From Elusimicrobiota bacterium (GTDB lineage Bacteria; Elusimicrobiota; Elusimicrobia; UBA1565; UBA9628), in assembly GCA_016191335.1 (NCBI GenBank), contig JACPOW010000001.1, positions 1,035 to 65,034 on the forward strand: DNA of 64,000 bases. Direction: 5' to 3'. The notes beneath the pieces are model-generated. The model had not been told where the DNA came from. It was given only the letters and a program-made list of their open reading frames with translations, and made no database searches. A program made the translations under genes and the position numbers. Below, one piece after another: positions 39,202 through 47,729 of the stretch. Numbering within the stretch: the first letter of the stretch is position 1; every line of letters begins with the position of its first letter.

Positions 39202-40608
39202 ATGGGCCTGAGCCGGCTCCTCGGCTGGCGGGCCTGCTGGAGCGCGCTCGGCGTGCGCTACGCCCCCGACCTGCGCTACGTCCTGACGAAGGAGGACCTG
39301 GCGCTCCTGCTCGCCGAGACGAAGCGCCGCCGTCCCGAGATCGTGGTCATCAACCAGCGCCTGCCGAAGGGCCAGATGAACGCGATCGCCGCCGCGTCCG
39401 GCGCGCGCGTCGTGTATTGGAACATGACCGAGAACGTCCACGACCTCGCCGAACACGTCCGGCGCCGGATGCCGGAAGCCCGCGGCCCCGTCCTCGACGA
39501 CCCGGGGCTGCTCGACCGGATACGCCCGGACTACCGGTGCACGATCCTCAACAAGGCCCCCTGGGCCGCCAACCCGGTCGTCGAGGTGATCGGCGGCCAT
39601 CGCTGCTCCTACCACGCTCCCGTCGCCTCCAATCCGTTCTACCGCGGCCTCGGCCTGCCGTCGGCGAGCATGGGCTGCTCCTTCTGCCAGGTGCCCGACA
39701 TGAAGAGCTCCCGCTGGCGGGTCAAGGATGCGGCGGCCTTCACCGTGAGGCAGATCGCGGCGCTCAGCCGCCAGCGGCCCGCGAAAGGCGGCGAGACGCG
39801 CCTCAACCTGTGCGGCTACGAGCTGTGGCGGCGCCTCGAGGAGCTCGCCCGCGCCTTGGTCCGCGAGGGCGTGCGCGGCGTCGAGCTCGATTTCATGCCC
39901 CGGCTCGACGAGGTGCTCGCCGCGCGGGTCGCCATCGAGCGCGTCCTGCCGCTGCTGGCGGGCAACGGGATCTCCCTGCGCATCAACGGCCTGGGTGTCG
40001 AGAACTTCTCGCCGGACGAGAACGCGCGCCTGCACAAGGGCATCACGGCCGAGCAGGTCCATGAGGCGTCCGCCTTCCTGACCGCCTGCTCCGAGCGCTG
40101 GCCCGGGACCTTCCGGCTGCCGTTCGGTGGGCTGGGCATGATCCTGTTCACGCCCTGGACGACGCTGAAGGACCTGCGCGTCAACCTCGACAACATCGAG
40201 CGCTGCCCTTTGATCGACCGCCCGTTCGCGCTCAGCCGGCGGCTGATGCTGTTCCCGGGCGCGCCGGTCACCTTGCTCGCCGAGCGGGACGGCCTTCTCG
40301 CGAAGACGCACGACGGCCTCTTCTACAACGCCGGCTGCAAGATCGACGCCGACAAGAACGACCTCCCCTGGCGCTTCGCCCGGCCGGAGGTCGCGGTGCT
40401 GTGGAGCCTCGCCCGCCGGATCTCGTCGGACCGCTACAACATCCCCGACGACGACCCCGTCAAGCGCGCCGCCGCGCCCTTCGTCGACCGGCCCGGGAGG
40501 GCGCCGTTCGACCCCCTCCCGCTGTTCCGGGAGGCCGTCGACGCCATCGAGCGCCGCCCGAAGACCGCCTCGCCGCTCGAGCTGCTCGCGCTCCTGCGCG
40601 CGCCCTAG
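39202..40608 (+). CDS. radical-SAM-like TIM-barrel protein with a non-canonical Cys motif (start uncertain; frame open from 39124)
   Basis: The frame is open from the codon overlapping the subunit B stop. The first ATG is at 39202, with only CTG codons before it. Motif HRCSYH-x..-GCSFC (C-x23-C-x2-C). Later blocks (GLGVENFS, GMILFTPWTTLKDL) resemble radical-SAM barrels. Confidence 0.5.
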   Translation: MGLSRLLGWRACWSALGVRYAPDLRYVLTKEDLALLLAETKRRRPEIVVINQRLPKGQMNAIAAASGARVVYWNMTENVHDLAEHVRRRMPEARGPVLDDPGLLDRIRPDYRCTILNKAPWAANPVVEVIGGHRCSYHAPVASNPFYRGLGLPSASMGCSFCQVPDMKSSRWRVKDAAAFTVRQIAALSRQRPAKGGETRLNLCGYELWRRLEELARALVREGVRGVELDFMPRLDEVLAARVAIERVLPLLAGNGISLRINGLGVENFSPDENARLHKGITAEQVHEASAFLTACSERWPGTFRLPFGGLGMILFTPWTTLKDLRVNLDNIERCPLIDRPFALSRRLMLFPGAPVTLLAERDGLLAKTHDGLFYNAGCKIDADKNDLPWRFARPEVAVLWSLARRISSDRYNIPDDDPVKRAAAPFVDRPGRAPFDPLPLFREAVDAIERRPKTASPLELLALLRAP

Positions 40609-41876
40609 CGGCGGCGGGCGACGGCGCGCAGGCTCGCCTCGAGGTCCTTGATGATGTCCACGGGGCTCTCGAGCCCGATGGACAGGCGTATGCCGCGGTT
40701 CTCCTTCATCGGGCCGTGGCCGGCGTAGGCCGAGTGCGTCATCCCCGAGGGGAGCTCGATCAAGGTCTTGGTGTGGCCGAGGCTGACGGCCAAGGTCACG
40801 CAGTAGGCGTTCTGCGCGACGTGGTCGACGAACTTGACCGCGTCGATCTTCCTCTCGTCGAGCTTGAAGTAGATCATGTTGCCCGGCGCGAAGCCCCCGT
40901 CGAAGTCGCGCATCTGGCGCAGCGCCAGGCCGTGCTGCGGGAAGGAGTCGAGCCCGGGGTAGCGGACGGTCGCGACCAGGGGATGGTTCTGGAGGTAGCG
41001 GGCGACGTGCAGGGCGCTGTACTGCTGGCGCTTGATGCGCAGCGGGATGGTGGGCACGCCGTAGACCAGGATGGCCCACGCGGCCTTCGGCGAGAGGATG
41101 CCGCCGAAGTCCTTGCGGTAGCTCGCCAGCAGAGGGAAGACCTCCTTGGAGCAGCACACCGCGCCCCCGACCTCGGTGCCGAAGCCGCCGATGTTCTTGG
41201 TCAGGGAATGGAGCGTGACGTCGATGCCGTGCTCGATCGGGCGCTGGCCGAAGGGCGTGGCGAAGGTGTTGTCGATGACCGTGAAGATCCTCCGCTTGCG
41301 GCCCTTGTTGGCCTTGGCCGCGGCGTCGGAGACGGCGCGCAGGTCCACGAGGTCCAAGGTCGGGTTGACCGGGGACTCGAAGTACAGCGCGCGCGTGCGG
41401 GAGTTGACCGCCTTCGCCACCGCCTTGGCGTCGGTGAAGTCGACGCGCCGCACCTTGATGCCGAGCTTCGGATACCAATTGGTGAACAGGGAATGCGTGC
41501 AGCCGTACAGCAAGGTGTGCGCGACGACCTCGTCGCCCGACTGGAGCAGGCAGCCCAGCGCCGCCGAGACGGCGGCCATGCCGGAGGCGAAGGTCAGGCA
41601 GGCGTCGGCGCCCTCCATCGAGGCGATCTGGCTCTCCAGGAGGCCGCGCGTCGGCTCCTCGAGTCGGTCGTAGATGTAGATCGGCGCCTCGCTCTCCTTG
41701 CGGAACGCGCCGAACTCGTTGAAGCCGCGGGCCGCGCGCTTGACCGACTCCAGGCGGAAGGTCGTCGACGCGGTGAGGGGCGGCACCACGTGATGGGCGT
41801 AGTCCCACCGCGGGGTCTTGGCCGCGCCGTGCACGATGCGGGTCGTCTTCTTGTAGCCGGCGGCGTTGTTGGCCAT
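40605..41876 (-). CDS. Cys/Met-metabolism PLP-dependent enzyme (methionine gamma-lyase / cystathionine gamma-synthase / OAH sulfhydrylase family)
   Basis: 423 aa. HSLTKNIGG PLP-lysine block; YDRLEEPTR, ESPVNPTL and DNTFATP blocks. Exact activity cannot be called from the sequence. Confidence 0.8.
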   Translation of the reverse strand: MANNAAGYKKTTRIVHGAAKTPRWDYAHHVVPPLTASTTFRLESVKRAARGFNEFGAFRKESEAPIYIYDRLEEPTRGLLESQIASMEGADACLTFASGMAAVSAALGCLLQSGDEVVAHTLLYGCTHSLFTNWYPKLGIKVRRVDFTDAKAVAKAVNSRTRALYFESPVNPTLDLVDLRAVSDAAAKANKGRKRRIFTVIDNTFATPFGQRPIEHGIDVTLHSLTKNIGGFGTEVGGAVCCSKEVFPLLASYRKDFGGILSPKAAWAILVYGVPTIPLRIKRQQYSALHVARYLQNHPLVATVRYPGLDSFPQHGLALRQMRDFDGGFAPGNMIYFKLDERKIDAVKFVDHVAQNAYCVTLAVSLGHTKTLIELPSGMTHSAYAGHGPMKENRGIRLSIGLESPVDIIKDLEASLRAVARRR

Positions 41877-41885
41877 GGTGGCTCC

Positions 41886-42251
41886 TTATTTCCCGGCGGG
41901 GGTCAGCGGCGGGTGGCCGGGAGGCAAGGTCATGGCCGAGGCGGCGGCGACGGGCGCGTGGCAGGACTGCGCGCGCTTCTTCAGGCCGTAGCTCGCGGCG
42001 CCGCACAGGAAGCCGCCCAGGCCGACGACGGCCAAGGTCCAGCCCACGGCCTGGCCCGCGCGTCTGACCCAGACCCCGTCCTTCTCGACCGAGCGCAGGA
42101 CCCAGACGCCGAGCGCGGCGATCGCCGCCATCAACGCCGTGCTCAAGGCTCCGCAGCCGTGGCCGGTCGCGCAGCCTCCCGCCGTCGTGCCGCAGGCGGC
42201 CGAAGCGCTCGCGGGGATGAGGACCAAAGCCGTCAAGATCAGTCGCGTCAT
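41886..42251 (-). CDS. small Cys-rich membrane or lipoprotein, unknown function
   Basis: 121 aa from ATG 42251. MTRLILTALVLIPASASAACGTTAGGCATGHGCG, then two TM helices. It lies 9 nt upstream of the PLP enzyme gene. Confidence 0.5.
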   Translation of the reverse strand: MTRLILTALVLIPASASAACGTTAGGCATGHGCGALSTALMAAIAALGVWVLRSVEKDGVWVRRAGQAVGWTLAVVGLGGFLCGAASYGLKKRAQSCHAPVAAASAMTLPPGHPPLTPAGK

Positions 42252-42324
42252 GTGAGACCTCCGTTTCGGTCTGACTAAGCAACGTTCCGGCCTCCGGGCC
42301 GTATCGTTGCTAATATATACGCGC

Positions 42325-43098
42325 ATGATGCCAAAAGAGCACGGGGCCTGGGCCATCCTGATCGCGCCGATCGTGGTCGGCCTGATCGCCGCCCCCGCCG
42401 TGTCCCCGGCCGCCGCCGCGCTGTTCGTCCTCGGCTCGCTCGCGGTGTTCCTGTCGCGCACCCCGATGCAGGCCCTTCTGGCCAGGCCCGGCGACCGCCG
42501 GGCCTGGGGCTGGCTGGCTTTCTACGCGGCCCTGGCCGCGGGCGCCTTCCTGCCCCTGATCGTCGTGCTGGACTGCTGGAAGCTCCTGTACTTCGCCGTG
42601 CCCTCCGCCGTCCTGCTGGCCCAGAACCTCCACATGAACCGGTCGGGCCAGCGCTTCAGCGCCTTCAACGAGGCCGCCGGCGTCTTCGGCCTGTGCCTGG
42701 GCGCGCCCGCCGCCTACTACGCGGCCTCCTTCACCCTCGACGCCCGGGCCTGGACGCTGTGGCTGCTGTGCTCGCTCTACTACCTCGGCCCCATCTTCTA
42801 CGTGAAGATGGCCGCCCTCCAGCATCGCGCCGCCGGCGACCCCGCGGCCGTGCCCGCGATCGCCGTGATGGGCCGCCGCTCGACGGTCTACCACGCCCTG
42901 ACCTTGGCCGCCGTCGCCGCCTGGGCCGCCGCCGGCGGGGTCCCCTTCGTCGTCGCCATCCCGTTCGCCGCCGCGCTGGCGAAGACCGTCCTGCGAGGCC
43001 GGCGCCCGCCCGCCCGCGTCGACTTCAAGGCGCTCGGCTACTCGGAGATCGCCTACTCCGTCGTGTTCGTCATCGTGATGGGCTTCGCCTTCGCGTGA
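42325..43098 (+). CDS. YwiC-like family polytopic membrane protein
   Basis: The MMPKEHGAWAILIAPIVVG N-terminus matches the YwiC-like signature. An AT-rich -10 (TAATATATA) directly precedes the ATG. Confidence 0.6.
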   Translation: MMPKEHGAWAILIAPIVVGLIAAPAVSPAAAALFVLGSLAVFLSRTPMQALLARPGDRRAWGWLAFYAALAAGAFLPLIVVLDCWKLLYFAVPSAVLLAQNLHMNRSGQRFSAFNEAAGVFGLCLGAPAAYYAASFTLDARAWTLWLLCSLYYLGPIFYVKMAALQHRAAGDPAAVPAIAVMGRRSTVYHALTLAAVAAWAAAGGVPFVVAIPFAAALAKTVLRGRRPPARVDFKALGYSEIAYSVVFVIVMGFAFA

Positions 43099-43188
43099 CG
43101 GGCGTTTCTCATCCACGCCCCGAATGACTCGCGCGCCGAAAGTGTAGTAGGATTGCGGGGCGCAAAACCCGGTCCGCACGGAGCTCCC

Positions 43189-43875
43189 ATGAACACTTTC
43201 TGGTCTGAGATCGAAGCCGTCATCGAGAAGAAGTCCCTCCTGAAGCACCCCTTCTACCAGGCCTGGACCGCCGGCACGCTCACGCGCGAGGACCTCGCGC
43301 ACTACGCCCAGCAATACTACAAGCAGGAAGCCCGCTTCCCGCGCTTCGTCAGCGCCGTGCACTCCAACACCCCCGACCTGGCGACGCGCCAGATGCTCCT
43401 CGAGAACCTGACCCACGAGGAAGCCGGCGCGGACAACCACCCCGAGCTGTGGCTGCGCTTCGCGGAGACCGTCGGCGCCGACCGCGCCTCCGTCCTCGGC
43501 GCCGAGGCCCACGCCGGCACGACGAAGTGCGTGGAGACCTTCGACCGCCTGTCCCGCGGCTCCTGGCAGGCCGGCCTGGCCGCGCTCTACGCCTACGAGG
43601 CGCAGCAGCCCGCCGTCGCCAAGACCAAGATCGAGGGCCTGAAGTCGAAGTACGGCCTCGACTCCAAGAACGCCCTCGGCTTCTTCTCGGTCCACGAGAC
43701 CATGGACGCCTGGCACTCGGCGTCGGAGAAGCAGGTCCTCGTCGCCGAGCTGGAGAAGAACCCCGCCCTCGGCGCCGAGATGAAGGCCGCGGTGTCCGAC
43801 GCCTGCGACGCGCTCAACGCCCTGCTCGACGGCGTGTGCGAGGCGCGCGGCATCATGGCGTGCGCGACGGCCTGA
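43189..43875 (+). CDS. CADD-like (PqqC/TenA/heme-oxygenase-fold) di-metal oxygenase
   Basis: 228 aa from ATG 43189 with a GGAG Shine-Dalgarno. HPFYQAWTAGTLTREDLAHYAQQYYKQEARFPRFVSAVHS and LAALYAYEAQQP parallel the Chlamydia CADD (CT610) sequence as I recall it. Confidence 0.7.
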   Translation: MNTFWSEIEAVIEKKSLLKHPFYQAWTAGTLTREDLAHYAQQYYKQEARFPRFVSAVHSNTPDLATRQMLLENLTHEEAGADNHPELWLRFAETVGADRASVLGAEAHAGTTKCVETFDRLSRGSWQAGLAALYAYEAQQPAVAKTKIEGLKSKYGLDSKNALGFFSVHETMDAWHSASEKQVLVAELEKNPALGAEMKAAVSDACDALNALLDGVCEARGIMACATA

Positions 43876-43950
43876 TCCCCGGACCTCGTCACTAAAGGTG
43901 ACCGCCGCGGTCACGCGGCGTAAACATCGAACTGGTTTAGTCTACGGGCG

Positions 43951-45111
43951 ATGACCAACGCCCCCGGGGATCCCGGCTCGACCGCCCCGCTCGACGAGCT
44001 CGAGCGGCTGAAGATGTCCGAGGCGCGCCTGCGCTCGGTCATCGAGGCCGCCCCCAACGCGATGGTCATGATGGACCGCGCGGGGAGGATCGTCCTGGTC
44101 AACGCCCAGGCCGAGAAGGTGTTCGGCTACGGCCGCGCGGAGCTTCTCGACCGGCGGATCGAGATCCTCGTCCCTCCTCGCTTCCGCACGGCCCATCCCG
44201 GGCACCGCGCGGGCTTCCACGCGGAACCGCGCGCCCGACCCATGGGCACGGGGCGCGACCTGTACGGCCTGCGCAAGGACGGCACGGAGGTCCCCATCGA
44301 GATCGGGCTCAGCCCGATCGGGACGTCGGAAGGCCTCGTCCTGGCCTCGATCATCGACATCACCGAGCGCAAGAAGCTCGAGGAGCAGGCCAGGGAGAGG
44401 GCCCGCCTCGAGGCCGCCCAGGAGGAACTCGAGGCGTTCTCCTATTCCGTCGCCCACGACCTGCGGGCCCCCTTGCGACACATCGACGGCTTCATCCAGA
44501 TGCTCGGCGCGAACACCGCGGGGAAGCTCGACGACCGCGGCCGGGACCTGATGGACAAGATCTCCCGCGCGGCCAAGAGGCTGGGCGCGCTGATCGACGA
44601 GCTCCTCGAGTTCTCCAAGACGGCGCGCATCGAGATGCGCCGGGAGCCCGTCGACCTCGGGGCGATCGTCGCCGACGTCATCGCCGAGTTCCAGCCGGAG
44701 CTCAAGGACCGCGCCGTGGAGTGGCGGGTCGCCGCGCTGCCGAAGGCGGTGGGCGACCCGGGGATGATCCGGCTCGTCTTCGCCAACCTGATCGGCAACG
44801 CGCTCAAGTTCAGCCGCGGCCGCGCTCCAGCGGTCATCGAGATCGACGCCCGCGACAGCAAGGCGGACGGCTGGGTGATCCGCGTCCGCGACAACGGGGT
44901 GGGCTTCGACATGCGCTTCTCCGCCAAGCTCTTCGGCGTGTTCCAGCGGCTGCACGGCATGGAGGAGTTCGAGGGATCGGGCATCGGCCTGGCGCACGTC
45001 CGCCGCATCGTCGCCAAGCACGGCGGTCAGACCTGCGCCGAAGGCGAGGTCGGCAAGGGGGCCGCGTTCTATTTCACGCTTCCGGCGCCCGACAAGACGG
45101 AGGAGACATGA
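43951..45111 (+). CDS. cytoplasmic PAS-domain sensor histidine kinase
   Basis: 386 aa. PAS (SVIEAAPNAMVMMDRAGRIVLVN), H-box SYSVAHDLRAPLR, HATPase boxes NLIGNALKF, DNGVGFD and GSGIGLA. Confidence 0.85.
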   Translation: MTNAPGDPGSTAPLDELERLKMSEARLRSVIEAAPNAMVMMDRAGRIVLVNAQAEKVFGYGRAELLDRRIEILVPPRFRTAHPGHRAGFHAEPRARPMGTGRDLYGLRKDGTEVPIEIGLSPIGTSEGLVLASIIDITERKKLEEQARERARLEAAQEELEAFSYSVAHDLRAPLRHIDGFIQMLGANTAGKLDDRGRDLMDKISRAAKRLGALIDELLEFSKTARIEMRREPVDLGAIVADVIAEFQPELKDRAVEWRVAALPKAVGDPGMIRLVFANLIGNALKFSRGRAPAVIEIDARDSKADGWVIRVRDNGVGFDMRFSAKLFGVFQRLHGMEEFEGSGIGLAHVRRIVAKHGGQTCAEGEVGKGAAFYFTLPAPDKTEET

Positions 45112-45551
45112 CCGGTCCCGGCAAGATATTGCTGGTCGAGGACGACCCCGGGGACGCCGAGATGACCCTCCATGTCCTGACGCGCGAGGCGGGGATCACC
45201 CAGGAGGTCGTCGTGGCGCGCGACGGCGCCGAGGCGCTCGACTACCTCAAGCGCGAGGGAGCCTTCGCCGGCCGCACGTCCGGGGACCCGGTCGTCGTCC
45301 TGCTCGACATCAAGCTGCCCAAGCTCGGCGGCATCGAGGTGCTGCGGGAGATGAAGGCCAGCGAGCGCCTGAAGGCGGTCCCCGTCGTGATGCTGACCTC
45401 CTCCCGGGAGCCCGCCGACGTGACCGAATGCCACCGGCTCGGCGTCAACGCCTACGTCGTCAAGCCGGTCGAGTTCGAGGATTTCCGCGCGGCGGTGAAG
45501 ACCGTCGGCGTTTTCTGGGCCCGGCTCAACGAACGTCCGCGGCGGCCCTAG
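45108..45551 (+). CDS. stand-alone receiver-domain response regulator
   Basis: 147 aa from ATG 45108 (ATGA overlap). ILLVEDDPGD, LLDIKLPK, MLTSS and YVVKP receiver landmarks. No output domain. Confidence 0.85.
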   Translation: MTGPGKILLVEDDPGDAEMTLHVLTREAGITQEVVVARDGAEALDYLKREGAFAGRTSGDPVVVLLDIKLPKLGGIEVLREMKASERLKAVPVVMLTSSREPADVTECHRLGVNAYVVKPVEFEDFRAAVKTVGVFWARLNERPRRP

Positions 45552-46270
45552 GGCAGGTTCCACAGGTGGTGCCACTGCGGACGCAGGAACACCTCCTTGA
45601 CCGCGCGGCGGGCGATCGCCTCGAAGCGCAGCGCGCGGGCGGCGGGGATCGTCTTCACCTTCCCGACCGGCGTCGCGGGCTGAAGGTACAGCGGCAGCGG
45701 GTGCGGGGCGCGGCGCACGAGCTCGACGACGGTCTTCCACTCGTCCTCGGTCGCGCGGTCGCTCAGGACGACCTTCACGAACGCGCGCGGCGGCAGGACG
45801 CGGATGAAGTCGCGGTGGGCCCCCCAGGTGTCGCGGCCCGTCGAGGACGGGAGCTTGATGTCCATGGCGACGAGGTCGCACAGCGGCGCCAGCGCGGACA
45901 TGGGCACGGGCAAGGTCCCGTTCGTCTCGAGGTGGTTCTCCAGGCCCTTCTTGCGGGCCCAGCGCATCAGCGGCATCAGGAACTGGGGATGGAGCAGGGG
46001 CTCGCCGCCGGTCCAGGAGATGGCGCGGTGGGCCCGCGCGTGGGCGAGGGCTTCGATCTCGTGTTTGACATATTCGGCGGACCGCACGAGTCCTGAAGGG
46101 ATCGGGATGGTGTCGGGCTCGTCGCAGTAATCGCAGGAGAGGTTGCAGCCGCCGAGACGGACGAAGATCTGCCGCTCGCCCAGGCGAGGGCCTTCGCCCT
46201 GGAGCGAGGAGAAGATCTCGACGAGACGGGCGCGGGACTCGTCGGACAGTTTGAGCGTCGCCGGGGTCAC
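45548..46270 (-). CDS. queE: 7-carboxy-7-deazaguanine synthase (radical SAM)
   Basis: 240 aa from GTG 46270 (GTGA overlap with queC). EIFSSLQGEGPRLGERQIFVRLGGCNLSCDYCD. Confidence 0.85.
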   Translation of the reverse strand: MTPATLKLSDESRARLVEIFSSLQGEGPRLGERQIFVRLGGCNLSCDYCDEPDTIPIPSGLVRSAEYVKHEIEALAHARAHRAISWTGGEPLLHPQFLMPLMRWARKKGLENHLETNGTLPVPMSALAPLCDLVAMDIKLPSSTGRDTWGAHRDFIRVLPPRAFVKVVLSDRATEDEWKTVVELVRRAPHPLPLYLQPATPVGKVKTIPAARALRFEAIARRAVKEVFLRPQWHHLWNLP

Positions 46271-46947
46271 AGGGCGGGATCCGGAAGGCGGGCTTCGCGG
46301 AAGCCCTTGGCGCGGAGCTTGCACGAGTCGCAACGGCCGCACTGACGGGCGCCGCCGGCGTAGCACGACCAGGTCAAGCGGAGAGGGGCGCCGACGCGGG
46401 CGGCCAGCTGAACGACGCCCTTCTTGTCGAGGCGCAGAAGAGGGGCGAGTATCCGCAACGGCTTGCCTTCGGAGCCGCGCTTCGTGCCTTCCCTGGCGAC
46501 CTTGCCGAAGGCGTCGATGAACGGGGGGCGGCAATCGGGGTAGCCGGAATAGTCCAACGCATTCGCGCCGATGACGATGGCGGAGGCGCCGACGGCGTCC
46601 GCGAGGGAGACCGCCAACGACAAAAAGATGGTGTTTCGTCCCGGCACATACGTCGACGGAACGCCGCCGGTGCCGATCTTTTTCAACGGCGTGTCCGGGA
46701 TTCGAAGGGACGAATTAGTCAAAGACGAGCCCTGGAGCCACGGCAGCGAGATGGAAACCTCATGGAGCCGTACCTCCGCGGCCCGCGCTACCGCGCGGGC
46801 CGCGGAAAGCTCTTTGACGTGCCTTTGGCCATAACGGATCGATAAAGCGATGACGGAAGAGTACTCGCTCTTGGCCCAGTACAACGCCGTCGTGGAGTCC
46901 AAGCCTCCCGACAGAAGAACAACGGCGACGCCTTTCTTCTTCACCAC
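46267..46947 (-). CDS. queC: 7-cyano-7-deazaguanine synthase
   Basis: 226 aa. VVLLSGGLDSTT PP-loop. C-terminal Zn Cys cluster CYAGGARQCGRCDSC. Confidence 0.9.
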   Translation of the reverse strand: MVKKKGVAVVLLSGGLDSTTALYWAKSEYSSVIALSIRYGQRHVKELSAARAVARAAEVRLHEVSISLPWLQGSSLTNSSLRIPDTPLKKIGTGGVPSTYVPGRNTIFLSLAVSLADAVGASAIVIGANALDYSGYPDCRPPFIDAFGKVAREGTKRGSEGKPLRILAPLLRLDKKGVVQLAARVGAPLRLTWSCYAGGARQCGRCDSCKLRAKGFREARLPDPAL

Positions 46948-47729
46948 TACGCTTTCTTCTCCGGGAACTTGCCTTCCAACGCCTCTTTACAGATCCTCAC
47001 CACATCGGCGCTGAAGTTTCCCTTTTCGATCATCCAGGCGAAATATCCCCGATCCGCTCTGACCACCTCGCGGATGGTCTTGCCCTTGTGCTTGTTGCCG
47101 AATCCAAAAGCGGCTTCGCCGTTTTTCCAAACAAATTTACCTTCAACGTCAACCCTACTTGGATCGATCTGATTGCACCAGGCTTCGATGCCGGCCACAT
47201 CCTTGGGCAGGTCCGTGTACCTCTCGATCTGCGCCCACAGGATCTCGGCGGTGGCGCGAACGTCGGCCTCGGCGCGATGCGCGCCCGAGAGATCCTTCCC
47301 GCAATAGAACTTATAGGCGGCGGTGAGGTCGCGGCGCTCCTTGCGCTGGAAGATCGTGAACGAATCGACGACTCTTTTTCCCGCCTCGGGCCACTCCGCG
47401 CCGAAGCGCTTGAACTCCGCCGTCAGCAGGGGGATGTCGTATTTCGCGGCGTTGAAGCCGGAGAGGTCGGCGTCCTTGAACATCTCGAGGATCTTGGGGG
47501 CGAGGTCGGAGAGGCGGGGCTGGTCTTTGACCATCTCGTCGGAGATGCGGTGGATCGCGGTGGCCTCGGGCGGTATCGGCACGCCGGGGTTGACGAGGGA
47601 GGAGAACACGGACTCCGACCCGTCGGGCTCGCGCCTCAGTATGCAGATGTCGACGATGCGGTCCTCGAGGGGGTTGACGCCGGTGGCCTCCAGGTCGAAG
47701 ATGCAGATGGCGCGGTCGAGCTTGATCAT
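46947..47729 (-). CDS. DEDDh 3'-5' exonuclease (DnaQ-like) with an extra C-terminal domain
   Basis: 260 aa from ATG 47729. IFDLEATG (Exo I), GFNAAKYDIPLL (Exo II), HRAEADVRA (Exo III). Confidence 0.8.
   Translation of the reverse strand: MIKLDRAICIFDLEATGVNPLEDRIVDICILRREPDGSESVFSSLVNPGVPIPPEATAIHRISDEMVKDQPRLSDLAPKILEMFKDADLSGFNAAKYDIPLLTAEFKRFGAEWPEAGKRVVDSFTIFQRKERRDLTAAYKFYCGKDLSGAHRAEADVRATAEILWAQIERYTDLPKDVAGIEAWCNQIDPSRVDVEGKFVWKNGEAAFGFGNKHKGKTIREVVRADRGYFAWMIEKGNFSADVVRICKEALEGKFPEKKA

Noticed and set aside
38908-42282. 1124-aa minus-strand ORF, one of the longest in the track
   Set aside because: The product is Arg/Gly/Pro/Ala-rich and low in complexity. The ORF runs antisense or out of frame across four recognisable genes (CoA-transferase B, the radical-SAM-like gene, the PLP enzyme and the small membrane protein). 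This is a typical stop-poor shadow frame in very GC-rich DNA.
45548-47729. queE-queC-exonuclease as a 7-deazaguanine DNA-modification (Dpd-like) defence module
   Set aside because: No DpdA/TGT-like transglycosylase, helicase or other dpd genes are adjacent. queC and queE alone are explained by ordinary queuosine/preQ0 synthesis.
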